This document shows positions 24,930 through 37,802 of a stretch of DNA of 64,000 bases, piece by piece. Position numbers and translations under genes: made by a program. This DNA comes from Chiloscyllium plagiosum (lineage: Eukaryota), in assembly GCF_004010195.1 (NCBI RefSeq), contig NC_057750.1, forward strand, positions 2,610,112-2,674,111, read 5' to 3'. Position 1 is the first letter of the stretch. The number at the start of each line of letters is the position of its first letter. The notes under the pieces were generated by a model. That model was not told the origin of the DNA. It did not search any database and saw nothing but the letters and a program-made list of their open reading frames with translations.

Positions 24930-25460
24930 GCTAACACGAGGATGATGGTTTCAATAACCTGTTCCTGCTGCTGTAGGTTCTCTGCTTCTGATTGTGAAGT
25001 TGCTGTGAATCTAATTATTTCCTCTGCTCCATTGTTTGGAGTTTACACAGATAATGTTTGTCAGAGATCATTCCTGGTACGGCACCGGTTTAATTGTCCC
25101 TTGGTGTCTTCCTGTCTGGTCTTTGCCAGTGTGGTTTATTCCCTCTGTGCCAGGTTTCTGCACCCATTTCAAAGAGGCAATAGTGTGTGGCAATGTCACT
25201 GAGCTATTAATCCAGAGCGTCAGAATAATGCTCTGGGGGACATGTGTTCAAATCCCACTAGGACCTCTCATTAATTTCATAATAAAATTTGAATTTAAAT
25301 TAAAACTGAAATTGAAAGTTGGAGTAGTCAGTCATAGTGATGGTACCAATTGTCACTAATTGTTCCAAAAAGCAATCTGGATCATTAATGAGCTTCAGAG
25401 AAGGAAATCTGCAATCTTTACCCGGTCTGGCCTACACATGACTGCAGACCCACAGCAATG
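24930..25460 (-). repeat. Arm B of the 531-bp long-range inverted repeat (partner 9302-9832)
   Basis: Near-identical spurious ORF translations appear on opposite strands (MMVSIT...; MEFTQIMF...). Confidence 0.95.
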
Positions 25461-25796
25461 GGGTTTACACTTAACTGCCCTCTGGACTATTAGGGATGGG
25501 CAATAAATGCTGACCTAGCTAGTGACACCCTCATAGAGATGTACAGCATGGTAACAGACCCTTCGGTCCGACCCGTCCATGCCGACCAGATACCCCAACC
25601 CAATGTAGTCCCACCTGCCAGCACCCAGCCCATATCCCCCCAAATCCTTTCTATTCATATACCCATCCAAATGCCTCTTAAATGTTGCAATTGTACCAGC
25701 CTCCATCACTTCCTCTGGCAGCTCATTCCACACACGTACCACACTCTGTGCGCGAAAAAGTTGCCCCTTAGGTCTCAGTAAATAAAAAACACTCAC

Positions 25797-25940
25797 AGCT
25801 GGTGATTTACTCAAGTCAGCCATGTCCATCACAATCTCCTTGCCCCCCCACTTGCGCTCATGTTCTGCCTCATGTTTCTGTTTCCGACTGGTCACAGAGA
25901 TGCCGTCCTCTTCCGCCTTTTTCCGATCTTCTTCAATTTC
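25797..25940 (-). CDS. CCDC9: CCDC9 exon 4 (EIEEDRKKAEEDGISVTSRK...DLSKSPA)
   Basis: ggaaacag|GAA...GCT|gtgagt, 144 nt; EIEEDRKKAE motif as in CCDC9. Confidence 0.93.
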
Positions 25941-26661
25941 CTGTTTCCAAAACAAAAAAATCCAAAAATTTAAAAAAAAAGGAGTTTGCTCTGCCTGAAC
26001 TGTCCAAGAAAACAAAATTCGAGAAAAATATCTACCGCTGAGAGGAACATTTGTAACTTGTCCGGAGCTCAGACATTGTTGTCTCTCTGTGTAAGATGCT
26101 CCAAGGTGGGGTGGGTGGGTTTGGGGGAGGAGCAGGTGACAACGAATGAGAACCCACATTCCTGACCAGCCTCCGCTCGCCACTGTACCTACCCCCACAC
26201 GCCTCAAACCCCATCCCTATTCTGCAGCCCCCAACTACCCACCGCTACCACCGCCAGCCCTCCTAACCCCTCTATCATCTTTGGGGACTGCGGCAAATTG
26301 TCCCATGTTGGGCTTGGGCGAGGAGGATGAGTGGCCTGGTGGGGCTGTGCAGGTTGCTGTCCAACAGCTCACATTCAGGAGGTTGGGTGGTGGGAGAGTA
26401 AAGGATCCATCTCCCACGTGGTGTCAAGGGATTGGCTGAGGCTCAAAGTTGAAAAGGATTGGCATTCATGATGGTGCAACTTGAGGAGATTGGCCGGGGA
26501 GTGGGCCAAACTGATTGGGGTTTGGAGTCTGGGGAATGGAGACAGGGTAACTTGATGACCGGGATTGGAGGGGGAGCTTGGCTGTGATGCATCGCAAATT
26601 GAAAACACCCCAAAGTGGTTCCCAAGACCCCAGTTCCCACTCCGGCACATCAACTCTTCAC

Positions 26662-26772
26662 CTGATGTCTCTTCATCAGCGCCTGGTTCTTCTTTCGCAG
26701 AGCTTCAATTCTCCGGTCCAGCTCCGCATCCTTCTCCTCCCGTGTTTTTAAATCAGGATCGATGGTCATCGA
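26662..26772 (-). CDS. CCDC9: CCDC9 exon 3 (SMTIDPDLKTREEKDAELDRRIEALRKKNQALMKRHQ)
   Basis: cctttcag|...CAG|gtgaag, 111 nt, phase 0-0; matches the human CCDC9 N-terminus LDLKSKEEKDAELDKRIEALRRKNEALIRRYQ (recalled). Confidence 0.95.
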
Positions 26773-27223
26773 CTGAAAGGGGAGGGATGGAAACGTCAGC
26801 AACAGTCACATCGCACCTCAATGTTGTAACTCATCCCAGGACGCTTCAAAGACAAACTGACCAAGATGGTGACACGGAGGGGTTGGGTCTCTCAGTGAGT
26901 CTTGAGGGGACGCACGAGGATCAGGAACAGAATTCCAGAACTCAGGGCCCAGGTATCTGAAGGAACAGTCCGCCCTTGGGGAGGGAATACTCAAGGAGAT
27001 GGAGTGAAAGCAGTGCAGAGATCTCAGAGGGTCGCTGGGCTGGAGAAGGTTTCAGAGATGGGAAGACATCATGAAGGGATTAATAAAACAAGGGAACTTT
27101 TAAATCAAAGCACTCAGACTGAAAGTGACCAAAGTCAAGGAAGGGCAGAGATTTCCCACGGGTGGAATGGTAAAGTTATCATAGTTCCAGAGGACCATAG
27201 GGCAGCTCTCTTGTTAGACAGGG

Positions 27224-27257
27224 AGAGAGACAGAGACAGTGAGCATGAGAGAGACAG

Positions 27258-27297
<40 letters not shown>

Positions 27298-27390
27298 CAC
27301 AAGAGAGTGAGAGAGAGACAGCACGATAGAGAGAGAGAGAGAGAGAGAGACACAGCGAAGACAGCACACGACAGACAGCACGGGAGAGAA
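27224..27390. repeat. (GA)n compound microsatellite
   Basis: GA runs interspersed with cagcac(a/g)a units. Confidence 0.95.
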
Positions 27391-27596
27391 AACAGATGGA
27401 GTTTAACCTGTTTGGGGCAGGGGGGTGTCACTGTGCCTCAGGCGAGGGTGGGGGCGGTGGGGTGAAGGTTGAGAAGGAGAGTCCTTCATGGTGATCTTAG
27501 CCGGGGTGGGAATCAAATCCACGCAGTTAGTGACATTCTATCACAAACCAGCCGTCCAGCCAACTGAGCAGCATAAGATTGGAAGAAATTGGGGAC

Positions 27597-27889
27597 GGAG
27601 ACAGAGAGAGAGAGAGACAGACAGACAGAGAGACAGACAGACAGAGAGACAGACAGACAGACAGAGACAGAGCCAGTTAACAGGATTGATGAGTATTTTG
27701 ATTTCAGGATATATAGTCAGACAATGTAAAAATGACAAAGCAGCAAGATTATAGGTCAAAACAGACAGACAGAGAGACAGACAGAGACAGAGAGACAGAG
27801 CCAGTTAACAGGATTGATGAGTATTTTGATTTCACGATATATAGTCAGACAATGTAAAAATGACAAAGCAGCAAGATTATAGGTCAAAA
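27597..27889. repeat. GACA/GA microsatellite plus a 128-bp-period tandem duplication
   Basis: agccagttaacaggattg...ataggtcaaaa starts at 27671 and 27799, with one substitution. Confidence 0.93.
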
Positions 27890-29025
27890 GCTTTTACATT
27901 GGGGTTAACAGGGCTCAGGTACTGAAACTAAAGTGTGTCAGGAGCAGGTGGGGGCATAGAGATGGGTTTTCAGCTGTTTTTGTAATAGGCATCCAGGAAG
28001 TACTCTTACTAACCAATCCATGATGCGAATGTCACTCAGAGCACAGGAACCAACATGAGGACCTCAGGCTGAGACAGCAACAGAGACATCTCCTCAGCAA
28101 AAACCCCAAACATGTTAAAACATAGCCAGAGGGAGCCTTCTGATTGGTAGCCATTAGGCACTGCTGTGCCCCAGCCAGGTGGACCCACCCTCAACAGCAC
28201 TGGGATAAGACCATAAGACATAGGAGCAGAAATTAGGCCAATCGGCCCATTCAATCACGCCTGATAGTTTCTTGGGTATTAAGGGTTACAGGGTGAAGGC
28301 AGGCGAATGGGGTTGAGAAACCTATCTTAAAATATACTTAATGACCTGGCCTCCACAGCCTTCAGTGGCAGTGAATTCCAGAGATTCCCCACTCTCTGGC
28401 TGAAGAAGTTTCTCCTTATCTCTGTTCTAAAAGGTCCTTGTCTCTCTTACAAATAGAAACACCTTCCCAACATCCACGCTGTCCAGGCCGTTTGGTATTC
28501 TGGGAGTCTGCGTAACCAAGTGGAGCAAATCCCAGTCAGACTCTAGCTTCAATTCGCCATTAGCGTATTTTGATGGTCGCTCGATTGGACCCTCCATCGG
28601 CCATGAGCAAGCCCACCTCTGGGGGAGAAAATGGGCCTGAATTTCCCAGAGGGAGGGAAGAGCTGGTGAACCAGCCAATACTGGCAAAACTGGTGCCCGT
28701 CCACCTCCATTCACGTTCCCCTAACAGGGAGGGGGAAATCCTGCCCAAAGCTATTGGCTTACTCCACTGGGTGTTTCAGTGCCACACAGATCTCATCCTG
28801 GTCACAAATGCCTGAGCGGATCTTGGGTGGTTATCAGTCCTCCTCCCCCTCCTCAGACAACCAACCAAGTCTGCTGTTTCTGGGTTAGTCAAGGAACACA
28901 GTCCGCCGGGATTCACAGTCCCTGCCACCAGCAGGTCATCTCTGCTCAAACAAAAAATGCACACAATCTTCAAATTGGCCAAATCGCTGACCAACATTTG
29001 TCATCACAGGGGTGGGATTAGAAGA

Positions 29026-29027
<2 letters not shown>

Positions 29028-29069
<42 letters not shown>
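29028..29069. repeat. (TG)21 microsatellite
   Basis: Pure TG run about 120 nt downstream of the CCDC9 exon 2 donor, read as (CA)n in the transcript. Confidence 0.97.
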
Positions 29070-29070
<1 letters not shown>

Positions 29071-29190
29071 AAATCAAAAACTTGCAAACAAGATCAATTT
29101 GAACAGGAGACAGACAAAGTTAAGGCACTGTTCCAAAGGTAAAGCTGGAGCGACATTAGGTTTATGCTGGGTTTTATCCTGGGCACTTAC

Positions 29191-29240
29191 CATCACGGCT
29201 TGCGGTGTGTCGGTAATAACTCTGAGCTCACTTTAAACTC
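29191..29240 (-). CDS. CCDC9: CCDC9 exon 2: 5'UTR ending in the start ATG (29193-29191)
   Basis: Minus strand reads ttctctttcaatattctgcag|GAGTTT...GCCGTGATG|gtaagt. Strong acceptor and donor; the ATG is in frame with the next exon (M|SMTIDPDLK). Confidence 0.8.
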
Positions 29241-29790
29241 CTGCAGAATATTGAAAGAGAATTGAGAAATTTATAGAGTTTCAATAACAGTGAAAAGTAG
29301 CTAAGTTTGTGCAGTTAAGAGCAAAGCAGATTGTTCAACTCTGTGAGACTGTGATAGGTTTGTTGGTGTCCTGCTGAGCTGAGAGGGAGAGGGAGCAGCT
29401 GAGGGAGATATTAAACAGGCTCACACCGTTAGTGAGATCACACATACTAAAAAAAAAGAGCACTGCGCCCCCAAGAGTTTGGCAGTGTTCCTGGTTTGTT
29501 CCACTCTGACGTTCACTCAACTCAGCCACCACGATGATAGACTGGTCTCGTCGCTCCCAGATTAGTGAGGAATTCTGTCGTAGGGATTCAAGAAAACATG
29601 TGTTTACGATCAGACTGAGGTCATCTGAAGTGCTCTCCAGTGAGAGCCACATTGTTTAGGTTAAACGCCATTTGGGCAAGGACTAGCAGAAACTACAGAT
29701 CCATACGCAAAGGGATTACTGTGCATCAACCAAGTCGAGTGAGAATTTTATCCCAGCATTGACAATCTATGAATACAACACTTAGGAAGG

Positions 29791-29973
29791 GTTGAAGAGT
29801 ATGGCGCTGGAAAAGCGCAGCCAGTCAGGCAGCATCAGAGTCAACTTCATCAGGAAGAGCCTATGCTCGAAACGTCAGCTCTCCTGCTCCTCGGATGCTG
29901 CCTGACTGGCTGCGCTTTTCCAGCATCACACTCTTCAACGCTGATCTCCAAAATCTGCAGTCCTCACTTTCTC
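29791..29973. mobile_element. Palindromic family A insertion with imperfect 15-bp TSD
   Basis: caacacttaggaagg (29776-29790) versus caacacttggaaagg (29974-29988); centre partly deleted. Confidence 0.7.
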
Positions 29974-31861
29974 CAACACTTGGAAAGGAACAAAGGTTAG
30001 GGCTGAGGGGAATGGGGCTCATGGGATTATTTTGGAAGCAGGAGTCACTGGCAAGGTGGTTATTTCTTCCCGGTCTGGGGTTTGTTAGGCCACTCCAGAT
30101 ATCAGCATCACTGTGGGCCGGCAGTCACATGTAGGCCAGACCAGGTAGATTTCCTTCCCTAAAAGGCACCAGTTGAGGTTTTAATAACATTTGACAAGGA
30201 TCGCCATATGACAATGCACATGCTTTGCCTCGAACCTTAGTATCATAGGCTCCCTACTGTGCAGAAAGAGACCATTTGGCCTATCGAATCTGTACCAACT
30301 CTCTGAAGAGCATCCCCGCCCAGACCCAGCACACTACCCCATCCCTGTAACCCTGCATTCCCCATGGTTGAACCACCTAACCTTCACATCCCTACACACT
30401 ATGGGGCAATTTCCCATGGCCAATCCACCCCGACCTGCACATCTTTGGACTGTGGGAGAAAACCAGAGCACCCGGAGAAAACCCACGCAGACAGAGAATG
30501 TGCAAACTTCACACAGACAGTCGCCCGAGGGTGGAATTAAACCTGGGTCCCTGGCGCTGGGAGGCAGCAGTGCTAACCACTCAGCCAAAACGCGAGATGT
30601 TTTTGAATTAAAATTTGACCATCTGTCATGGTGGGATCTGAACCCATATGCCCAGTCCAGTGACATGACCATGATGTCACTTCCTCTCCACAGCAGCCTG
30701 AAAGAGGCTAGCACAGGAAGGAATGGGCTGAATGGTCACTTTCTGTGATCTCGGGTGAGTGTATAGTCTGCTTTATCAGTGGGTTCTTTCGACGCACAGG
30801 ACATTTGGTTAAAATGATGTTATCCAGATTCACAAAGAGACTGGTTGCTCTTGGCAACGCAAATTATTTTGCTTTTTAAAAGCAACGGCACTGGCTCTCG
30901 CTATAACTGAAGCTTTCAACATTAAACAAATGCAGCTGCTGGTCTTTGGATTCATCCATCAACATATCAAAGCATTTAATCAAACGGTAAATCAAACAAT
31001 GTCTTTAGTGGATACTAACAGGAAACAGGGATGGTCAAAGCATTAATTTTACATTTGTATAGTTCACTTGCTGTACTGAATAAGAATCTAATATATTTAT
31101 CCACAATTCATACAAAAATGAGATTTTTTTCATGTAATAAATTCGATCATCCTAATTTACTTGTGCGCCCATTCACACCTCAGCCCTATGTTCACAGGCT
31201 GGCACTTACACCTCAATATTAAAATTCTCATCCATCTTTTCAAATCCCTCAGTAGTCCTGCTGCTCCTCATCATTAATGTCCTCCTACTCTTCAACCCTC
31301 CGAGATCGCTGTGCTCCACTACTTCCAGCCTCTTGCACATCCGGGATTTTAACCGCTCCACCACTGCCTTTAGCTGCCTGGGGCTGCATCTCCTTACAGC
31401 TGTCTGCTGCCCTCTCTGTCTCTCCGATGTTCCTTGAAACCTCCCCCTTAGTTGAAGCATTTGGTCACCCTTCCCCAGACAATGTGAAATTTACGATTGG
31501 TAATCACACCTGCCAGCTGTTATTTAAGATTAGATGAGATTTGATTCCCCACAGTGTGGAAACAGGCCCATTGGCCCTACAAGTCCACACCGACCTTCCG
31601 AAGAGTAACCCACCCAGACCCATTCCCCTACATTTACCTCTGACTAATCCACCTAACACTGTGGGCAATTTAGCATGGCCAATTCACCTAGCCTGCGCAT
31701 CTTTGGACTGTGGGAGGAAACCCACACAGACACGGGGAGAATGTGCAAACTCCACACAGTCAGTCGCCTGAGGCAGGAATTGAACCCAAGTCCCTGGCGC
31801 TGTGAGGCAGCAGTGCTAACCACTGAGCCACCATGCCACCCTTATACATTATATAATAAGA

Positions 31862-32325
31862 ATGGTCCCAGGAATGAAATACTTAACATATGAGGAACAT
31901 CTGGGGTCTCTGGGTCTACCCTCGATGGAGTTTAGGGGGATGAGGGGGGATCTAATTGAAACTTTCAGAATTGAACGGCCTAGACACAGAAGACGTTGGG
32001 AAGGTGTTTCTATTGGTAGGAGAGACCAGGATCCGAGGGCACAGCCTTAGAGTAAAGGGAAGACCTTTTGGAACGGAGAGAAGGAGAAACTTCTTCAGCC
32101 AGAGGGTGGAGAATCTATGGAATTCATTGCCACAGAAGGCTGTGGGGGCCGAGTCACTGAGTATATTTAAGATGGAGATAGATATGCTCTTGAATATCAA
32201 AGGGATCAAGGATTACGGGGAGAAAGCAGGAGAATGAGGATGAGAAACCTATCAGCCATGATTGAATGGTGTATCGGATCCAATGGGCTGAATGGTCGAA
32301 TTTCTGCTCCTATGTCTTACGGTCT
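31862..32325 (+). mobile_element. CR1 3' fragment of another subfamily (similar: 1640-2080+, 12350-12690-, 28205-28500, 39140-39410-)
   Basis: GHSLRVKGRPFGTERRRNFFSQRVENLWNSLPQ C-terminus. Confidence 0.85.
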
Positions 32326-33124
32326 TATAAATGCAGGTTGTTGCTGTGGAATGTCCAGCTGACCGTGTCAATAACTTCTCTTGAATGAGAAGCACCATGG
32401 AACTGTTTAACGAACAGGGAATAGAGGCCAGTGAATTGGGACTATTCCTGCTACCAGACCTTGCTAGCACACCCCAGGGCCAGCTTCCCAGCTGAACCTG
32501 CTGGGAAGACCGGGATTGGGAAAGGGATGAATGCAGAGGCTGTCAGCAGTCTGAATCTACAAGGAAAGATTGGTTCGACTGGGCTTGTATTCACTCGAGT
32601 TCAGCAGGATGAGAGGGAATCTAATTGGAACGCAAACCATAAAATTCTAACAGGACAGGACAGACCAGATGCAGGGAGAGTGATGCTCTGGTTGGGGGAG
32701 TCTACAAACACAGCAGCAGCACAGTGGCTCAGCGGCTCAGCGGGTAGGGCTGCTGCCTCACAGTACTGGGGTCTCAGGTTCTATTCCACTCTCCGGGAGG
32801 AGATTACACATTCTCCCAGCGTTGGTGTGGGTTTCCTCCTACAGTCCAAAGATATGCATGTTGGGGTGGACTGGCAGTGCTAAACTGCCCCATAGTGTCC
32901 AGTCTAGGTGGGTTAGCCATGTGGAGTCACGGGAACAGGGTGGGTGAGATGCTGTTTGGAGGGTCAGTGTGGACTTGATGGGCCTAATGGCCTGCTTCCA
33001 CGATGCAGGAATTCTACAAAAAAAAAGCTGACACAGTCTTAGGGAAATTTAGGACTGAGATGAAGGAAAAAAAAGTCTTTGGCTATGCGGGTAACGAACA
33101 TTTAGAATTCTCTGCCACAGAGAA

Positions 33125-35907
33125 CTTCGAGCATGGATCAGTACTTGGGACTATGATGTTGTGGCCATAACAGAGACGTGGGTTTCACAGGGGCAGAAAT
33201 GGTTGCTAGACGTTCCAGGGTTTATAACTTTTAAAAAGAACAGGGAGGGTGGAAAAAGAGGAGGGAGGTGTAGCATTTTTAATCAGAGAGTGCATCACAG
33301 CTACAGAAACAAAGGTTTAGAGGAAGGTATGTCTACTGAGTCAGTATGGGTGGAAGTTAGGAACAGCAAGGGAGCAGCCACCACATTGGGGTTTTCTACA
33401 GACCCCAAATAGCAGTAGAGAGATTGATGAACTCATAGGTCAGCAGATTTTAGAAAAATGCAGACGTAGCAGGGTTATTGTTATGGGTGACTTCAGCTTT
33501 CCCAATATTTACAGGAACCTCCTTAGTGCTGATGGTTTGGATGGAGCCGTTTTTGTCAGGTGTGTTCAGAATGGTTTCCTTACTCAGTATGTAGACAGGC
33601 CGATGAAGGGAGAGGCCAGTTTGGATTTGGCGCTTGGCAATGAGCCAGGACGGATGTCAGATCTCACGGTGGGGGAACACTTTGGTGACAGTGATCATAA
33701 CTGCCTCACACTTACCATTGCCTTGGAGAAGGAAAGGATCAGTTACCATGGGAAGATATTTAATTGGGGAAAAAGAAATTATGACGCAGTCAGGAATTGG
33801 GAAGTACAGATTGGGAGCAATTGTTCCACAGAAAGGACACAACAAACATGGAGACTGTTCAAGGAGCAGTTGTTGCGAGTGATGCACAAATTAGTTCCTC
33901 TGAAAAAGGTAAGAAAGGGTAAGATTAAGGAGCCTTGGATGACAAGAACAGAGGAGCTTCTTGTCAAAAGGAAGAAGGCAGCTTACGTAAGGTGGAGGTG
34001 GCAAGGATCCAGCACAGCTTTAGAGGATTACTAGAAAGGAGCTCAGAAATGGACCGAGGAGAGCCAGGAGGGGGCACGAAAAAGGCTTGGCAAGAAGGAT
34101 TAGGGAGAACCCAAAGGCATTTTACTCATACGTGAGGAATAAGAGAATGATCAGGGAGAAGGTAGGGCCGATCAGGGATAGTGGAGGGAATTTGTGCGTG
34201 GAGTCTGAGCAGATAGGGGAAGCCCTAAATGAGTTTATTGCTTTGGTTTTCACCACGGAAAGGGACCTTGTTGTGGATGAGAACTTTGAGGAGCTGGGAT
34301 ACAGGCTTGAACAGATCAGGACTGATGAAGTTGATGTGCTGGAAAGTTTGGAAAACATTAAGATTGATAAGTCCCCAGGGCCAGACCAGATTTATCCCAG
34401 GCTGCTCCGGGAAGTGAGAAAGGAGGTTGCTAAACCGCTGGCGAAGGTCATTGCCTCCTTACTCACCACGGGAGTCGTACCGGAGGATTGGAGGGAGGCG
34501 AATGTCGTTCCTCTTTTCAAGAAGGGGAATAGGGAAATCCCTGGCAATTACAGGCCAGCCAGTCTTACATCTGTGGTCAGCAAGGTTTTGGCAAGAATTC
34601 TGCATAATATAATTTATGACTATTTGGAAAAGCATAGCATGATTAAATGCAGTCAGCATGGTTTTGTGAGGGGCAGTTCATGCCTCACAAATCTTATTGA
34701 GTTCTTTGAAGAGGTGACGAGACAGGTTGATGAAGGTCAAGCAGTGGATGTGGTGTATATGGACTTCAGCAAGGCATTTGATAAGGTTCCCCGTGGTAGT
34801 CTCATTCATAAAGTCAGGAAGTATGGGATACGGGGAGATTTGGCTATCTGGATTCAGAATTGGCTGGCTGACAGAAGACAGAGAGCGGTTATAGATGGAA
34901 AGAATCCTGCCTGGAGGTCAGTGGTGAGTGTGTCCCACAGGGCTCTGTTCTTGGGCCTCTGCTCTTTGTGGTTTTTATAAATGACTTGGATGAGGTGGAT
35001 GAGGAGTGGGTTAGTAAGTTTGCCAATGATACAAAGGTTGGAGGTGCCGTTGATAGTGTCGAGGGCTATTGCCGGCTGCAGTGTGACATAGACAGGATGC
35101 AGAGCTGGGCTGAGAAATGGCAGATGGAGTCCAACCTGGAAAAAAATCCGAAGTGATGCATTTCGGAAGGTCGAACTCGAATGCTGAATATAGGATTAAT
35201 GACAGGATTCTTGGCAGTCTGGAGGGATCTTGGTGTTCAAGTGCACAGATCGCTCAAAGTTGCCACTAAAGTGAATAGGACTGTCATGGTGTTTTGGCTT
35301 TCATTTACAGGGGGATCAGGTTTAAGAGCCATGAGGTTTTGTTGCAGCTCTACAAAACCCTGGTGAGACCACACTTGGAATATTGCATCCAGTTATGGTC
35401 GCCCTGTTATAGGAAAGATATGGACGCTTTGGAGAGGGTACAAAGAAGGTTTACCAGGATGCTGCCTGGACTGGAGGGATTATCTTACAGAGAGGTTGAT
35501 TGAGCTCAGACTTTTCTCTCTGGAGAGGAGGAGGAAAAGAGATGACCTGATTGAGGTGTACAAGGTAATGAGAGTCATGGATAGAATCAATACCCAGAGA
35601 CTTGTCCCCAGGGCAGGATTGACTGGCACAAGGGATCATAGTTTGAAGATATTAGGAGGAAGGTATAAAGGAGATGTCAGAGGTAGGTTCTTTATGCAGA
35701 GAGTTGTGAACGCACAGAATGCGTTGCTAGTGGTGGTGGTGGAAGCAGAGTTATTAGGGACATTTAAGCGACTGCTGGACATGCACATGGACAGCAGTGA
35801 ATTGAGGGATGCGTAGGTTAGGTTATTTTATTGTAGATTAGGAATAATGCTCGGCACAATATCGTGGGCCGAAGGGCCTGTTCTGTGCTGTACTTTTCTG
35901 TGTTCTA
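33125..35907 (+). mobile_element. 5'-truncated CR1-clade LINE ORF2 (EN + RT), frameshifted
   Basis: AITETW; MGDFSFPN; KSPGPDQIYPR; PLFKKG...NYRP; QHGF; VYMDFSKAFDKVP; FINDL...KFANDTK; 3' tail tgtgctgtacttttctgtgttcta. Confidence 0.95.
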
Positions 35908-37720
35908 GAAGGCTGTGAACGCCAAGTCACTGAATATATTCAAGAAAAAGATGGATATATTTTTAGAATGTAAAGGTATCATTTAGAATGGGGATAAAGC
36001 AGGAACCTCGCATTGAATCGAGGACAAGTCAGGATCATATTGAATGGGGATGCAGGCTCGAAGGGCCAAATGGCCTTCTTGTGCGCCTATTTCTACATTT
36101 TCTGGTGGGACTGGGGAGGGAGATTTCAATTCCTTCATACCTGGTAAGGTCAGTGTCTGATGAGAATCACACTGTCAGCGGGCCGAGTGACGTTAACAGC
36201 CTGGGATGGAGTATTTAGCCAGAGTAGCAAGTGTAACATGGATTGCTGCTGAGATTTTACACCCCAACCCCACACTGCAAAACTCTGGGCAGGGGGAAAA
36301 TTAGAAAAATTAGGCTCTCTTTTGTTTTAGACGTTGAATTCTTCCCACAAGGCATCTGCAAATTGATTCTCTCAATCCCCAATTTTGTATTCCGAGACAG
36401 CCAGAGCTGATTCAAAGCACAGTAATCAATTGCACTGCCCCCTTACAAAAAGCACAGTACTCGACAGAAATCTCAACCCAGGAGATTAATGACATGACCT
36501 GCCTTGTCAGATCAGTCAAACACTCCAACTGTCTGGGATTATCCAGTCAGCATAACACTTCCCCCACCCTCAACCCAGTCTCTCATGTACAGATTGCTGA
36601 AGAGAATAAAACAAACCACAGGTTAGACCACCTCATGCTTGAGAAACGGGCAACTGGATGGGGTCGTCACAGAGTCATAGTCATAGATGTACAGCACGGA
36701 AACAGACCCTACAGATCGACTCATCCATACTGACCAGATGTCCTAAATTAATTGGCCAGTACTTGGCCCATATCCCTCTAATCCTTTCCTATTCATAAAC
36801 CAATCCAGGTGCTTTTTAAAATCAGCCTGACCAGAACCTGTCAAATAATGTTCCAGCTCACATGGTCATTCAGCCCAGCTGTCCCATGCTGGCTGTTTCT
36901 GTTCCATATGAGCCTCCTCCCACCCCATCACCAGATAATTCCAAAAGCCTCAGGAGCTGGAGTCTTTCTCCAGCTTCTGCTTTCAACAGGTTCACACTAT
37001 TCACCTCCAGCACTGACAGGGAGGGGAGAGGAGGAGATTTACAGCCTCCAGTTCTATCCCACCAGGCCCACCCAGCCCCAACCCTAACCTCCCTACCACT
37101 CTCCCACCACCGAAGTTTGTGGTGTGACCCATGAGGGATGATGGTGGAATCTGTCTGTTCAGAACACTCTCTCACAGAACCCACCTCACCTTCCAACCCC
37201 CTACACACCACCCTCCTGCACGCACCCCTTCATTTCCCTTTGCTCCCTCTTTCCCCAGCACTTTCCCCCATTCTCTCCCCCAACCTCAGCCCCCTCCTGG
37301 GTTGGCTGGGACATTTGGACAGATCTCCAATTCCCCACCCCAATATTTTGACACTTGCCAATAAAAAGGCAGAGGGAGGGAGGCCGAAAGCACAGGCCTA
37401 AAGCTGACTCTGGTGTACAACGTGTATCGATTTCCTGCAAAAAGCCCTGAGCAAAGCACTTTCTTTCTAAAAAGAGTTTTCCTTCCCTCCTTCCAGCCTC
37501 CCCTCCAAATAACAACACGCCAACCCCCTCCCCTTCCCCAATGCAACTGGGAGCTTGCTGTGCTGAAGCTGGGAAGCAATCTGCCTCAGAGGAAGGGGGT
37601 TCTGGCCTTGTTTCTGCTGCTCCCTCCCATGCCCCTGAGCTGGGGAAGGGGGAAGCAGCAGCTCAGGGAGCTCCCTACCCACTCTCCCTCCCCTCCCCTG
37701 CCCTCTGCCCAAAGTCTCAC

Positions 37721-37802
37721 CGTCTCCTCCCTCACTGCTGTCGGCTCCTGCACCAGGCCAGTGGCTAGATCCCAGCGCTGCCAAATCGTGCACCTCACCC
37801 CT
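37721..37802 (-). other. CCDC9: Candidate non-coding 5' exon (exon 1) of CCDC9
   Basis: Good donor ACG|gtgaga at 37721/37720 in a non-repetitive, C-rich (plus strand) region 37000-37830 upstream of the ATG exon. The 5' boundary is unknown and there is no transcript evidence. Confidence 0.35.

Noticed and set aside
9499..25359. Pairs of near-identical small ORFs (MEFTQIMF..., MMVSIT...) as a duplicated gene
   Set aside because: By-products of the inverted duplication; some start at non-ATG codons, they run into repeat sequence and I recognise no domain.
25515..26207. 230-aa minus-strand ORF as a CCDC9-LINE fusion protein
   Set aside because: Chance read-through of intron, exon 4 and a LINE tail; exon 4 has clean splice sites on both sides.
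29530..29630. Box C/D snoRNA candidate
   Set aside because: The C box is imperfect (cgatgata), there is no terminal stem, and it is antisense to the host transcript.
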